57,488 nucleotides of DNA from a virus (lineage: Duplodnaviria > Heunggongvirae > Uroviricota > Caudoviricetes): the IMG/VR virus record IMGVR_UViG_3300044640_001538; one strand, 5' to 3'. Positions 9,279 to 20,226 of this stretch are shown here, piece after piece (position 1 is the stretch's first letter; each line of letters opens with the position of its first letter). The notes beneath the pieces were generated by a model. It did no database searches. It saw nothing but the letters and a program-made list of their open reading frames with translations, and was not told where the DNA came from. The translations under genes and the position numbers were made by a program.

Positions 9279-11324
9279 ATGTGTAATAAATGTAATCAAA
9301 ATAATAACCATAATTCACACAACAATTGTGGTTGTACAGAAGTAGAAGAAGTAACTTACATTTGTAACGAATGTCAACCAACAGCACCGTGTGATTGTGC
9401 GGTTAAAGACCTCTCAACGGATTGCATCATCTATACGGGTGATGATTTAGAATGCTCAGAAATTAAGAAAAATACAATTTTAACAGAGCTAATTCAACAA
9501 TTAGATGCTTTCATCTGTAAATTAAAAGACGACATTGCTAACTTACTTGTTTTAGTTAATATTGGAACTGGGGCAAAAGTTTATGCGGGAGATAATTTGC
9601 TCGGCAACAAAAAATTAAGAACAATAAATAAAAGCGGAGACTTAATAACTGTAACAGAAGCAACAGAAGAAATAGTAATAGGTTTTGATGAAGATGAATT
9701 AGAAAATACAATCATCAATCTAATGCCTAACTACAACGCAGAAAATGTAGGAACAGGTGCAGATGTATTTAAAGAAGAAGTTGCAAACACCTTTAGATTT
9801 AGAACGTTATTAGGTGATTCACAAACAGGTGTTGGAGCATCTGTATTAAGAGATGTGCAAGAAAACACTAATGACGTAACATTTAGATTTAAAAAACTAA
9901 AGTCTAACTCAATAAGCATTTCAGAAACAGATGACGAAATAACATTAGAAGCTACGGATTTAGTACAAATACCTTCTCTATATGTGAATAACGCTTACGT
10001 ACCAAACTACAACCAATGGTTAGCCGAAAACAGAATACAAAACGGAGGAACAGCAGTAACTGGATTTGTATTTAGAGGTAAAGGTACATTATCACAACCT
10101 TTCACAGATTCAACAGTTTATCCTTTAGCTGGAGGTTCTCCTACCATAACACCAAATACAGCAATTCAAAATGCATTAGATGGGGATACGGCTTATTCAA
10201 CACCTTATAGTTTTGTAGGTACAAGTACTAAATTAGCGCCGCAAAGAGTAGGTCAAAAAATAATAGTACAAGATAATAACAGCTCTTATACATTCAATGG
10301 TAACTTTAACTATAACAACTTATACATAGTCTTAAATAGAAATGTACTTTGTAATACAACAAATTATCTAGTGGATATGGATGATTCAACAACCATAGAA
10401 CCAGTTAACGGACGTGTTACTATACAAGTGGAAGGGGATGTTGTATTACAATGCGTAGATTCTTTAGGTTTCAATAACTCTGGTAATACAGAAGTTACAC
10501 CGCCGTCTTACACGTCTGGCAGAACTTTAAACCTTTTAGGTGAAGGTGCAATATACTTTTCATACAACGGTTTAGATAATACAAAAAGATACATACTAAA
10601 CACAGACGGTAATAACAATGATGATAGCTTACATTTTTTTGTAAAATGTCAATTGATAGCAAATAATCAAGGTATCTATTTTATGCAAAATAAAGGTAGA
10701 GTAGATTTCTATAACAGACTACAATCAGGGTTATTAGGAGGCACAGGTAACCTATACTTAAAGGCTTTCCACATGACAGGAGGTCAAGTTAGATTTTTTG
10801 AAAAAGGTTCTGTATACATAGGTAATGAAACAACAGGTAGGCAATACGGATTTACATTTAACCCTATAGAAGCAGGTGTAGGATACTGCCTATTCCAATT
10901 AAACTCTGCAATAGTATCAGGAACCTCGAACTACTGTTTTGCCAAATTAAACAGCGAAGTTGTAAACGTACTAATATATGGTTCAAATAGCAACAGTGGA
11001 TTTAGCACAACAACACCAGGAACAAATACAATTGTAAACGGGTTGTTTGAGAACTTAGGTACTTCAAAATGGAACACAATAGAATTTAGAAACAATATAT
11101 TCTCATTCACTGGTATAGACCAAACTAAAGTAGATTTAACTATGAGTAATACGATGTCTGTTTCAAATTCAATAGGTGGAAATATAATAGAAAATTTAGT
11201 AACAAGAGACGATAGAGCGGCTGCATTAGCTAGCTTACCTTTGTATTCAGCATACTTAAAAACAAACGGAACAGCTTATCCAAACACTTCAACGTGGACA
11301 AGGGATATAGTACTCCCTTCTTAG
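9279..11324 (+). CDS. Tail fibre/hub protein with Cys-rich N-terminus
   Basis: CAVKDLSTDCIIYTGDDLEC; repeated NxGTGAxV(Y/F)...FR(T/K)(L/I) units; beta-rich C-terminus. Confidence 0.6.
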   Translation: MCNKCNQNNNHNSHNNCGCTEVEEVTYICNECQPTAPCDCAVKDLSTDCIIYTGDDLECSEIKKNTILTELIQQLDAFICKLKDDIANLLVLVNIGTGAKVYAGDNLLGNKKLRTINKSGDLITVTEATEEIVIGFDEDELENTIINLMPNYNAENVGTGADVFKEEVANTFRFRTLLGDSQTGVGASVLRDVQENTNDVTFRFKKLKSNSISISETDDEITLEATDLVQIPSLYVNNAYVPNYNQWLAENRIQNGGTAVTGFVFRGKGTLSQPFTDSTVYPLAGGSPTITPNTAIQNALDGDTAYSTPYSFVGTSTKLAPQRVGQKIIVQDNNSSYTFNGNFNYNNLYIVLNRNVLCNTTNYLVDMDDSTTIEPVNGRVTIQVEGDVVLQCVDSLGFNNSGNTEVTPPSYTSGRTLNLLGEGAIYFSYNGLDNTKRYILNTDGNNNDDSLHFFVKCQLIANNQGIYFMQNKGRVDFYNRLQSGLLGGTGNLYLKAFHMTGGQVRFFEKGSVYIGNETTGRQYGFTFNPIEAGVGYCLFQLNSAIVSGTSNYCFAKLNSEVVNVLIYGSNSNSGFSTTTPGTNTIVNGLFENLGTSKWNTIEFRNNIFSFTGIDQTKVDLTMSNTMSVSNSIGGNIIENLVTRDDRAAALASLPLYSAYLKTNGTAYPNTSTWTRDIVLPS

Positions 11325-11367
11325 TAGCATACAGGTTTTTGGTTAATCCTGTTTTTTCTTGGTTTTT

Positions 11368-11395
11368 AATGGTGGAGTAATATCCACCATTTTTT
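11368..11395 (+). terminator. Rho-independent terminator ending the fibre operon
   Basis: AATGGTGGA-gtaata-TCCACCATT followed by T-run; a second ACAGG/CCTGT hairpin lies at about 11331-11352. Confidence 0.8.
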
Positions 11396-11415
11396 ATTAC
11401 ATGTGGTTTAAGGTT

Positions 11416-11447
11416 TTTGCATAATTAAAAAATTTATAGTAAATTTG
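11416..11447 (+). promoter_or_regulatory. Bacteroidota sigma70 promoter
   Basis: TTTG-N20-TAAATTTG. Confidence 0.85.
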
Positions 11448-11467
11448 CGAATTAAATAAAAATAAAT

Positions 11468-12148
11468 ATGCCTACAAAAATAGAAATGGTTTCAAAAGTT
11501 ATTAATGTACTTAAACTAAATAACAAAGATGACCACACCTCCAGAAGATTTATTCTAAAAGTAATGGAAGATATAGCTACGTTCTTAATTTCGCAAAAAT
11601 TTTCTGACCGTACTATACTATCCGAAATGAATTTATATTCATACATACCATGTTTTGAATTTGAAAAAATAGAATCTAAAAAATGCGATGTTGCAGAATT
11701 CAGACTTTGTAACACTTTAATGAAGTCAAAAAAACCACTACCAAAATTAGTATTTTCAAGACTTGGAAGTAGTATTAGAGACATTGTGTCTTTAGACGGA
11801 AACTTTAAATTTACTTTTGTTGATGAAGTTCAATATCGCCGCAACAAAAAAAGACAGTATAGTTTAAAGAACGAAGTATATATTTATTTAGGAGCAGACA
11901 ATCATCTTTATATTCCAGACCACGAAATATTTTCAGTTGACTTGACAGTATTGACAACAAAACCAGAAGATGTAGATGAGTGTTCAAGTTGTTCGGATGG
12001 GAAGAATAAATGTGAGTCTTTTTGGCTCAAAAATTTTATTTGTCCTGACAAACTGATAGAGGTAGTATTTTCAGAAACCCTAAGTAGAATGGGATTAAGC
12101 CGCCAAATTTTATCAGACCAAAATCCTAATAACATACCAAATGCCTAG
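11468..12148 (+). CDS. crAss-like tail ring/connector protein
   Basis: NKDDHTSRRFI motif and position before the IHF-like, tail-tube and muzzle genes match crAss-like gene order; recalled, not searched. Confidence 0.55.
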   Translation: MPTKIEMVSKVINVLKLNNKDDHTSRRFILKVMEDIATFLISQKFSDRTILSEMNLYSYIPCFEFEKIESKKCDVAEFRLCNTLMKSKKPLPKLVFSRLGSSIRDIVSLDGNFKFTFVDEVQYRRNKKRQYSLKNEVYIYLGADNHLYIPDHEIFSVDLTVLTTKPEDVDECSSCSDGKNKCESFWLKNFICPDKLIEVVFSETLSRMGLSRQILSDQNPNNIPNA

Positions 12149-12614
12149 TAATAAATTATCAACACATAGAGAGTTTTACGAGTTTTATAAAAAAGAAAGA
12201 CGTATTGTTTCTAAAGAGATAAACGAATTTGCATTTTTTAAAAGAACAGTTTATAAACTTTTAAATACAATACAAGATATAACTCCAGAAACAGAGAACG
12301 GCTTATACTTAAAAGATTTTGGATATTTATATTCAACAATTGAAAGAAAAAGAAAAATGCCGCTTAAAATAAAACCCACTCAAAAATCAATTACAGAAAA
12401 AGTAAAAAGAAAAATTAAGTTTGATTTCTTTTTTGAAGTTGACGAAGATTGGATTTTTAAACCTATGTATTTATTTAGAAGAAGTTTTCTTGAAAGCCAA
12501 ACGCCTAAAAAAGAAGGTGTAGAGTTTTTATTAGAAACATTAGTAACAAACAATAAAATAATTCAATTAACAAAAGAAGGCAGATTCTTTGATAAAAATA
12601 ACAAGCAATGGTAA
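12141..12614 (+). CDS. HU/IHF-like DNA-binding protein
   Basis: Basic; ..LLNTIQD...GLYLKDFGYL...RKRK fits the HU/IHF pattern; IHF-like genes sit at this position in crAss-like phages. Confidence 0.55.
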   Translation: MPSNKLSTHREFYEFYKKERRIVSKEINEFAFFKRTVYKLLNTIQDITPETENGLYLKDFGYLYSTIERKRKMPLKIKPTQKSITEKVKRKIKFDFFFEVDEDWIFKPMYLFRRSFLESQTPKKEGVEFLLETLVTNNKIIQLTKEGRFFDKNNKQW

Positions 12615-13483
12615 CATTAGATGAATTCATCTCCGAGATAGAAACTACTTTTTCTAATTATGCAGAAACTAATGATTTAGATAAAATATCTATTAAAGGT
12701 TGGGTAATTACGTGCCTTAGAAAATTCGGTAAAAACATAACAGAAAAAAGAGAAACGGTACTAGACGTTAAAAATTCAAAAGTATTACTACCAGAAGGAT
12801 TTAAATCGCTTCAATTAGCTTTAAAAGTTTATCCAGAAGGTTATAATATATGTGGCGACGAAAAGAAAGTAAGAGACTCTTTTTTATACAAACAATACAT
12901 TGAAAACCCAGTAGTTTGGGATACAATCAGTCAAGAGTATATAACAAACAATTGTGAAACTACATTCATAACAGAAAAGATTTTTATAAACAGCGATTCA
13001 ATAGATTTATATTACAGACCAGAGTGGCTTTCTATAGTAGAAGGAATACAAAAAGACACTTTAGACGTAGACTGTTTAAACTTACACCCAAGTATAAGAG
13101 GAAAATATCCACACCAAATAAGCATAACAAACAGAACTTTAAATGCTAATTTCAATGAAGGTAAAATATATTTACAATATAATAGTTTACCAGTAGACGA
13201 AGACGGCGAAGTAATTATTCCACAGTACACCACTGGAGATATTTACAACTTTATAGAAAATTACGTAAAGGTTAGAATTGCAGAAAATTTAATAGTTAAT
13301 TCAAAAAATCCTCAAGGGTTAATGCAACTATTACCAATGTGGAAACAAGATGAAAGAAGATTGTTCATTGAAGCTAAGTCTGAAGCAAGCTACAAAGGAT
13401 TAGGTCCAGGAAATGAGTGGGCTATTAAGATGAATAAAAGCAGAAAAAGAGAGTTTTCAAGATTTTCATTGCCAAAATTTTAA
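12608..13483 (+). CDS. Tail tubular/ring protein (P22 gp4-like 'Ttub' position)
   Basis: GKIYLQYNSLPVDEDGEVIIP...FIENYVK motif typical of crAss-like ring proteins; directly precedes the muzzle gene. Confidence 0.6.
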   Translation: MVTLDEFISEIETTFSNYAETNDLDKISIKGWVITCLRKFGKNITEKRETVLDVKNSKVLLPEGFKSLQLALKVYPEGYNICGDEKKVRDSFLYKQYIENPVVWDTISQEYITNNCETTFITEKIFINSDSIDLYYRPEWLSIVEGIQKDTLDVDCLNLHPSIRGKYPHQISITNRTLNANFNEGKIYLQYNSLPVDEDGEVIIPQYTTGDIYNFIENYVKVRIAENLIVNSKNPQGLMQLLPMWKQDERRLFIEAKSEASYKGLGPGNEWAIKMNKSRKREFSRFSLPKF

Positions 13484-13490
13484 GACATAA

Positions 13491-16400
13491 ATGAAAAATA
13501 ATAGAACAATTTCCGCCCCAAAACGTGGCATGAATACAGACAGTAGTCACAGTATTCTAGACCAAACAAGTTATGCGCTAGCTGTAAACGCAGATACAAG
13601 TAATGAGCAAGGTGATTTTTTGAATGTTCAATATGAGCCTTCAAATTATTATAGTGTTTTATTTCCAGATAAATATAAAGTAATCGGCTTTAAAAAAGAT
13701 TTATTAAAAGAAAGAACATACTACTTCCTAACATCAACAGAAACAGATGTAACAAGCATACACTATAAAAGGTCTTCCATAGGCTATGTTAATGATATCG
13801 TAGGAGAAACTTTTAATCAAGACCAAGAATCAACAACTTGCGATGAGTGTAATTCTAAAAATGTATTAGATACACCATTAGAAGATATAACACAAACACC
13901 AGCACAAACTTTTGTAGAGTTAGAACACGATAGATGTATTTCCTTGGCGGACATTGAAGAAAAAGGATTAAATTTCAACATTAATTTCCCTATAAAAAAG
14001 ATAGAAATAAAACAAGAAAAATTAGGTACAAAATTATATTGGGATGATTTTAGAAACGAACCAAGATATTTAAACGTAACAAATTTAGAAGAGTCTTTAG
14101 AAAACAATGTTCCGAACTATTTACACATAGAAGAAGTATCTTGTGCAGATGATATTGTACACGATTGTATTTTAGTGGATAAATTACTAGTATTTCCAAA
14201 ACACAACAGAATAATATTAGATGCGGCGGAACAACAAATTGGAGGAAACTTAAAAAAAGGAACTTATGAATTTTACGCAGCGTATTGTGATTTATATGGT
14301 AATGAAGCAACACAATATTGCACACCTACAAACCCTATCTCAATTTTTGATGAGAATGATAACATTTTAGCGCAAACAGAAACAGACAGTTTTACAAATT
14401 TCGCTATAAAAATAAATGTAAAAAATTTAGACACAGAACACTTTAAATATTACAAAGTCGCTGTAGTTGAAAGAAATAATGTTGCAAACACTCAATCAGT
14501 TTTTGTTGCAGGGATTTATCCAACAACAGACGATACGGTAGTTTATACACATTCTGGAAGTTCTAATGATGATTTATACATATCAAGAGGTAATGTATCC
14601 ATTAAAAAAAGAATGGATTTCTACGAGCTAAAAGCAGTGAAACCTAGATTTTCAAGAGCTAAAGGAACTATGGTTAGTGGAACTTCTTTGTGGCATTTTG
14701 GCTGTGAAGAAGCAGAGGAAATCAATTTACAACCAGTGGTTAACTTATTTAGTAGTTTATTACATTGGCAAACTTCGGCGGCAAAAGAAGACTTGTATAA
14801 AAGTGCAGTGGCTACTTCAAAATACAAAGGTTACATGCGTAATGAAGTACAGCCTTTTGCTATTAGATTTCATTTTAAAGATGGTGGATACACTGGAAAC
14901 TTTCCTCTTATTGCACGACCAAAAGAAACTGAAGATGCTGAAACACAAATTAAGACATCAGGTAATCTTATAAATGGGGAGACGTATTTTATAAATGAGT
15001 TAAACGCAGGAGATAATTTTACTAATGTTGGATTCGTAGAAGTTAAAAAACCTTTTGTAGCTACAGGAACAACACCCACTTCTTGGAGTAATTTTACAAA
15101 AGTTATGAATTTCAATTTTGCATCGCTAGACGCAAATTCAACAGCTTGTGTAACTAACGAGCGAAATGAAAAATGGCAAATATTTAATACAGCATCTAAA
15201 TATGCAGGAGATTGTTTTGACATAAACAGTGATGAAAACTCCTCTACATCGGTAGAAGATGTATATAAAACGTGTACCTTAGAAGATGTATTTACAGTAC
15301 CAGCAAATTCTATAAATATACCAACAGACGAAGAGTTTTACGATTTAGAGTCTTACATCCAAGATGGTAATACAGTTGCTGGAATATCTGAATATTTAGA
15401 CGATGATTATACAGGAGATTGTGAACCTCTTTTTGAAGGAGATTGTACATCACTTACTTTAGAATCAGAAGAAGTCGAAATAGGTGAAATTTTAGGAGAA
15501 ACAAAAACACCTGTAGAAAAAGATTTAAATACTTATCCTTTAAGTGTTCCACCTACTCAATGTAACCAATTTTCAAGAAACGCAAGTGGAAATTACATTG
15601 TGAATAGTAATATGCAATCTTTTATAGATTGTAACGATGTTGTATATAAAAGAGATTCTAATTTTTCAAATGAGTTTTGTTCTTATGCCGCAGATTTACC
15701 ACAACAAACAGACCCAACACAAAATTTTGCATCTACATTTTTCAATGTTTACGGAGCTAATTCAGAAGCAGAATTATTAAAAACTAGTTATAACGTCCAA
15801 CCTAGTACGGTAGTTGGTGGGTTTAAAAATAAATTACATAAAAACGCACAATTCTATAAAGTAACAAAAAACAGTAGAAATAAAATACTTTTAGAGATAA
15901 CAAAACAATCAAGCTGTTTAGGTTTAGAAAACCTTAATTATGCCACACAAGTAAGGTATACAATATATAATAGCTGTTCAGGAACTCCTACAGTTTTAGA
16001 GGGTGGTATAGTAAATACAACTACGGGTGGATTGGTTTCTTTAGATACTACATCATATCCAAATACATTTTATGTAGCATTTGATACACCTATTGAAGTA
16101 ACTACAGTGAAAAGTTGTCCACCAGTAGATTGCACCTATCCAATATTAAGAGTAGGGAAAGCAGTGTGTTCTGGGGCATCTTTGTACAGCGCATCTATAA
16201 GTTATAATGCTGGAGCAGTAATAACATCAACAGCGGGCACAATAGTAGGAAATACAATAATCGACGTGCCTATAGGAAATAGTGTAACAGTAACAGCTAA
16301 TTTTAATGGTTGTAATTTTAGTGAAACTATATCCCCACCAGCAAGTTGCGTTAACACATGTGATACTACAGCTAGTTTTAGTATATTAGAAAACACCGAT

Positions 16401-19400
16401 ACAGAGTATAGTATTTCTATACATAATCCAAGTGGGGCTACTATAACAGCAAGTGTAGGAACAGTAACAGCAACTAAGATAACAGGTATACCAGCAGGTG
16501 TTTCAGTTGACATAACAATAACCAAAATAGGATGCTCACCAGTTGTAGAAACAATATTACCACTTACAAAATGGCTACCAAACACATATAGAAATGTACC
16601 ATTATGTGGATGTATTAGTTTTTACCAAAGAGATGTAGAATATAGTTCTATAAATGTATCTTGGACGGGAGTAAAATTAAATAAAATACAAAATTGGAAA
16701 TCAACTTGTACATTTAAAATACCTAAAATAAATTCTTGCGACCCAGTACCTTACCAAAAAGGTAAATTTGCGTATTGGGAATCTACAGAAACTTATGCAG
16801 ATAACCTACAGTTATTTGATTCTTCTAACATAAAGATAAAAACAGAAGATTTAAGTTTATTATCGCCAGCAGACAAACAAGAGTTTTTAGATTACTATAA
16901 AGAAAGTTTTGACGCACAAGGAAACATTGTTTGGAAAGAAAGCTTAAAAGAAGCAACAGGGCAAGTAGCACCAGTTGTAGATTTTACTTGCCGACCTATT
17001 AGACATTACAAATTTCCAGATAACACAGTAGCACCTTTTATTACAGACTCTACGTCGCTTCAAAAAAACGCAGATAGCATAGTATTCCCTTTAGGTATAG
17101 TTTTGGACTCTAACGTTGTAAAAACTATGATAGAGGTTGCCTATAATAACGGCTTACTAACAAAAAAACAAAAGAATAGTATTGTTTCCTATGAAATATT
17201 AAAAGGAGATAACTCAATTCATAAATCTGTTATAGCAAACGGTTTAGGTTTTGATATGTACAACTATACGAAAGGTAGTGATGTAATACATTATGCAAAC
17301 TTCCCTTTCAACGATTTAGGGCGTAATAAATTTTCAACAACAACTTTGAATGGAGATTTAATAGACCACCCTTACGGTTCAAATAAAAATCACATGTTTT
17401 CTTTTTTAAGTCCAGATGTGTTTTTAACAAAACCTTCAATACCAACAGAAGTTACTTTACAAGGTTACATTTTTGGGAACTCTGAAACATCATTTGCTGA
17501 TGTAGACAAACATCCAGGTTGGACAGTTTTAGGAGATAAATCAAGAAGAACAGCAGAAAGATTAGCTATAGCAGAATCTGTATTAGAGTATGCAATACAA
17601 ACTGCCGATATATTAAAATACAATTATACCACAGTAGGTACCTCTAATACAGTCACTTGGGGTCCAGCAGTAGCATTAGCTATATACAATGTAGCGGCAC
17701 TTGCTAGTGGATATATGAAAGTTGGTAAATACAGATATGACTGGTTAAAGATATTTAGAGATTTAGGTCCAGTGGATAATTTTGCAAGCTTTCAAGTATC
17801 TTCTGCTAAATACAATAGATTTTTAAAAACACCACAATTCTCTTCTGAATATTTAAGAGCACTGTCTTTAAGAAAATATATTAGAGACGGAGAATATGAA
17901 ATGGTGGAAGAGGGTGATAACGCAAAAAGGGTAAAAATAAATAACTATTTAAGAGAAAGTTCTGTAATATTATCAACAAGTGAAAACTATAAATTCAACT
18001 ACCCTACAGAATATATAAATTATGATAACAATAAAGTAAACCCAGCTTCAAGTACAGTTACAGCGTCTGAAGTAGGTTGTGCAAACCGACAAAGACACAC
18101 TAGAAACGTAGCAAGTCCTTATTTCTCTTTAAAGAATTATATTCCAGACCAATGGGGAACTTTAGATAATATAAAATGGTTAACTACTAACTATATATTT
18201 GATTTAAACGAAGATACAGATTGTAAACCTATTTACGGAGGAACAGTTTGTATTTCAAGATTTTCTTGGCGAAGAAAAGTACCAATGTTTAGAAAGCACG
18301 CAATAGGTTTACCAGACAAATTACCTTTCAACTATTCTAAATATGATAATATAGGATATCCAAGATTCTATTGTGATTATGAAGTTGGTGGAACGTATCA
18401 AAGAACAGGGATACCTTTTCCAGATATCGATTCTTACACAGCTTTTGATTGTGAATCTGGAAGAACTTATTTTTATTATGCACCGCCAAGTAAGTTTTAT
18501 TTATTTGTACACGGAGTTGTAGACTTTTTAGTTGAATCAGAAATTAATTGTAACTTTAGATATGCAAAAACACAACCTAAAGATTGGTTTTATCCACAGC
18601 AACAAAATTTAGAAACTTGGTTACAAGAAAGTCATTTAACTATTTCGGAGCCTAATAGTTTCTACTATAATAATTCTTACACTTTACCAGTTTCAGACAC
18701 ACCTTTTAAAGTTTTAGATAAAACTTATGACAAAGAGATTTGGAAAAAAAGAGTTGAAAACAAAAATGCAATTATAGTTAGTCAAAAATCTAATAGTCAA
18801 CAAGATATTGTGAACCCTTGGTTAATTTATAAACCTTTAGACTTTTTTGAATTTAGTGGCGGTTCTGGAGAATTAATAGATTTAAGAAGTATTGAATCAG
18901 AGCAATTTTTTGCAAGGTTTGAAAATAAATTAGAATTACACAACGCTATTGATAATCTAGCGGAAAGAATCACACCACAAAATAAAGAAACAGGTTTAGG
19001 ACTATTAAGTCAAAGAGTTTTAGAATTTAAAACAACAGATTTAGGATTCACAGGAACTCAACACACAGACTTTTGTTCAACACCTTACGGACATTTTTGG
19101 GTAGACGCTAAAAGAGGAAGAGTATTTCAAGTAGACCAAAACGGAAGAAGTTTAGATATAATCTCGGAAAACATTCAAGGACAACCAAGCGGAATGAAAA
19201 ATTGGTTTAGAGAACACTTACCAATGAAAATACTAAAATATCTACCACAAATAGATATTGACAATAAGTTTAAAGGAATTGGATATAACATTTGGTACGA
19301 CGATAGAAAATCAAGAGTGTTTATAACTAAAAGAGACTATGTTTTACAAAAAGGAATAAATCCAAATAACTTCACTTACGATGAAGAAACTGGAGAATTA

Positions 19401-20186
19401 TTTTATAACACAAACGTAATTATAAACAGAGCTCAAAATAATTCACCTATATACTTTGACAATAATACATTATTTAAAGATGTATCTTGGACAATAAGTT
19501 ATAAACCAACAGAGGGTGTTTGGAGCAGTTTTTACACATTCTATCCAGATTATTCACCGTCGCACCAAAACTATTTCCAAGTAGGGTATAACTGGGGAAA
19601 AAGTAAAGGTACTATGTGGAATCACTTAATGAACAACAAATCATTTTTAGTTTTCCAAGGCGATTTTAATCCTATGAGTATTGAGTTTCCTATTATAAAC
19701 CAAAATGCAAATAAGATTTTAAATTCTGTTACTGTTAACGCCGAAGCAAGAAGATATCAAAATCAGTGGGATTTTGCAGTTGATAGAAATGTAGGATTTA
19801 CAAATATGTTTATTTACAATTCAACTAACAATTCTGGAATGTTAAATCTATTCGCGCAAAAAAGCTTAACAGACAGTAGAAAATATCCAAAAACAAATCC
19901 AAATAATACACAAGATATTTTATTCACAGCAGACGAAGATAAACATAATATAAATTACTTCTTTAACAGAATGGTTAATCAAGATAATAATATTCCAATG
20001 TTTACAAGAGATGAAAATAATATCTTTAAAACTATAGATTCAAGAGCGGTTAAATTCAGCGGGAAAAAAGTTTTAGAAAGATTAAAAGGAGAACACTTTA
20101 TGGTTAATTTATCTAACACAAAAGAAAGTAGATTTAATCTGATATTTAAAAACTTAATTGACGACGAAACATTATACTCAGATTAA
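13491..20186 (+). CDS. Tail stabilisation/muzzle protein (2231 aa) with internal insertions
   Basis: KRGMNTD start, YWDDFRNEPRYLN, GNLKKGTYEFYAAY, TPYGHFWVDAKRGRVF and WTISY..TEGVWSSFYTFYPDY are hallmark blocks of the crAss-like 'Tstab'/muzzle family. Confidence 0.75.
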   Translation: MKNNRTISAPKRGMNTDSSHSILDQTSYALAVNADTSNEQGDFLNVQYEPSNYYSVLFPDKYKVIGFKKDLLKERTYYFLTSTETDVTSIHYKRSSIGYVNDIVGETFNQDQESTTCDECNSKNVLDTPLEDITQTPAQTFVELEHDRCISLADIEEKGLNFNINFPIKKIEIKQEKLGTKLYWDDFRNEPRYLNVTNLEESLENNVPNYLHIEEVSCADDIVHDCILVDKLLVFPKHNRIILDAAEQQIGGNLKKGTYEFYAAYCDLYGNEATQYCTPTNPISIFDENDNILAQTETDSFTNFAIKINVKNLDTEHFKYYKVAVVERNNVANTQSVFVAGIYPTTDDTVVYTHSGSSNDDLYISRGNVSIKKRMDFYELKAVKPRFSRAKGTMVSGTSLWHFGCEEAEEINLQPVVNLFSSLLHWQTSAAKEDLYKSAVATSKYKGYMRNEVQPFAIRFHFKDGGYTGNFPLIARPKETEDAETQIKTSGNLINGETYFINELNAGDNFTNVGFVEVKKPFVATGTTPTSWSNFTKVMNFNFASLDANSTACVTNERNEKWQIFNTASKYAGDCFDINSDENSSTSVEDVYKTCTLEDVFTVPANSINIPTDEEFYDLESYIQDGNTVAGISEYLDDDYTGDCEPLFEGDCTSLTLESEEVEIGEILGETKTPVEKDLNTYPLSVPPTQCNQFSRNASGNYIVNSNMQSFIDCNDVVYKRDSNFSNEFCSYAADLPQQTDPTQNFASTFFNVYGANSEAELLKTSYNVQPSTVVGGFKNKLHKNAQFYKVTKNSRNKILLEITKQSSCLGLENLNYATQVRYTIYNSCSGTPTVLEGGIVNTTTGGLVSLDTTSYPNTFYVAFDTPIEVTTVKSCPPVDCTYPILRVGKAVCSGASLYSASISYNAGAVITSTAGTIVGNTIIDVPIGNSVTVTANFNGCNFSETISPPASCVNTCDTTASFSILENTDTEYSISIHNPSGATITASVGTVTATKITGIPAGVSVDITITKIGCSPVVETILPLTKWLPNTYRNVPLCGCISFYQRDVEYSSINVSWTGVKLNKIQNWKSTCTFKIPKINSCDPVPYQKGKFAYWESTETYADNLQLFDSSNIKIKTEDLSLLSPADKQEFLDYYKESFDAQGNIVWKESLKEATGQVAPVVDFTCRPIRHYKFPDNTVAPFITDSTSLQKNADSIVFPLGIVLDSNVVKTMIEVAYNNGLLTKKQKNSIVSYEILKGDNSIHKSVIANGLGFDMYNYTKGSDVIHYANFPFNDLGRNKFSTTTLNGDLIDHPYGSNKNHMFSFLSPDVFLTKPSIPTEVTLQGYIFGNSETSFADVDKHPGWTVLGDKSRRTAERLAIAESVLEYAIQTADILKYNYTTVGTSNTVTWGPAVALAIYNVAALASGYMKVGKYRYDWLKIFRDLGPVDNFASFQVSSAKYNRFLKTPQFSSEYLRALSLRKYIRDGEYEMVEEGDNAKRVKINNYLRESSVILSTSENYKFNYPTEYINYDNNKVNPASSTVTASEVGCANRQRHTRNVASPYFSLKNYIPDQWGTLDNIKWLTTNYIFDLNEDTDCKPIYGGTVCISRFSWRRKVPMFRKHAIGLPDKLPFNYSKYDNIGYPRFYCDYEVGGTYQRTGIPFPDIDSYTAFDCESGRTYFYYAPPSKFYLFVHGVVDFLVESEINCNFRYAKTQPKDWFYPQQQNLETWLQESHLTISEPNSFYYNNSYTLPVSDTPFKVLDKTYDKEIWKKRVENKNAIIVSQKSNSQQDIVNPWLIYKPLDFFEFSGGSGELIDLRSIESEQFFARFENKLELHNAIDNLAERITPQNKETGLGLLSQRVLEFKTTDLGFTGTQHTDFCSTPYGHFWVDAKRGRVFQVDQNGRSLDIISENIQGQPSGMKNWFREHLPMKILKYLPQIDIDNKFKGIGYNIWYDDRKSRVFITKRDYVLQKGINPNNFTYDEETGELFYNTNVIINRAQNNSPIYFDNNTLFKDVSWTISYKPTEGVWSSFYTFYPDYSPSHQNYFQVGYNWGKSKGTMWNHLMNNKSFLVFQGDFNPMSIEFPIINQNANKILNSVTVNAEARRYQNQWDFAVDRNVGFTNMFIYNSTNNSGMLNLFAQKSLTDSRKYPKTNPNNTQDILFTADEDKHNINYFFNRMVNQDNNIPMFTRDENNIFKTIDSRAVKFSGKKVLERLKGEHFMVNLSNTKESRFNLIFKNLIDDETLYSD

Positions 20187-20190
20187 CAAA

Positions 20191-20222
20191 TTTGGATAAT
20201 TCAAAAAGAATTCTTATATTTG
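20191..20222 (+). promoter_or_regulatory. Bacteroidota sigma70 promoter
   Basis: TTTG-GATAATTCAAAAAGAATTCT-TATATTTG. Confidence 0.9.
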
Positions 20223-20226
20223 CAAC

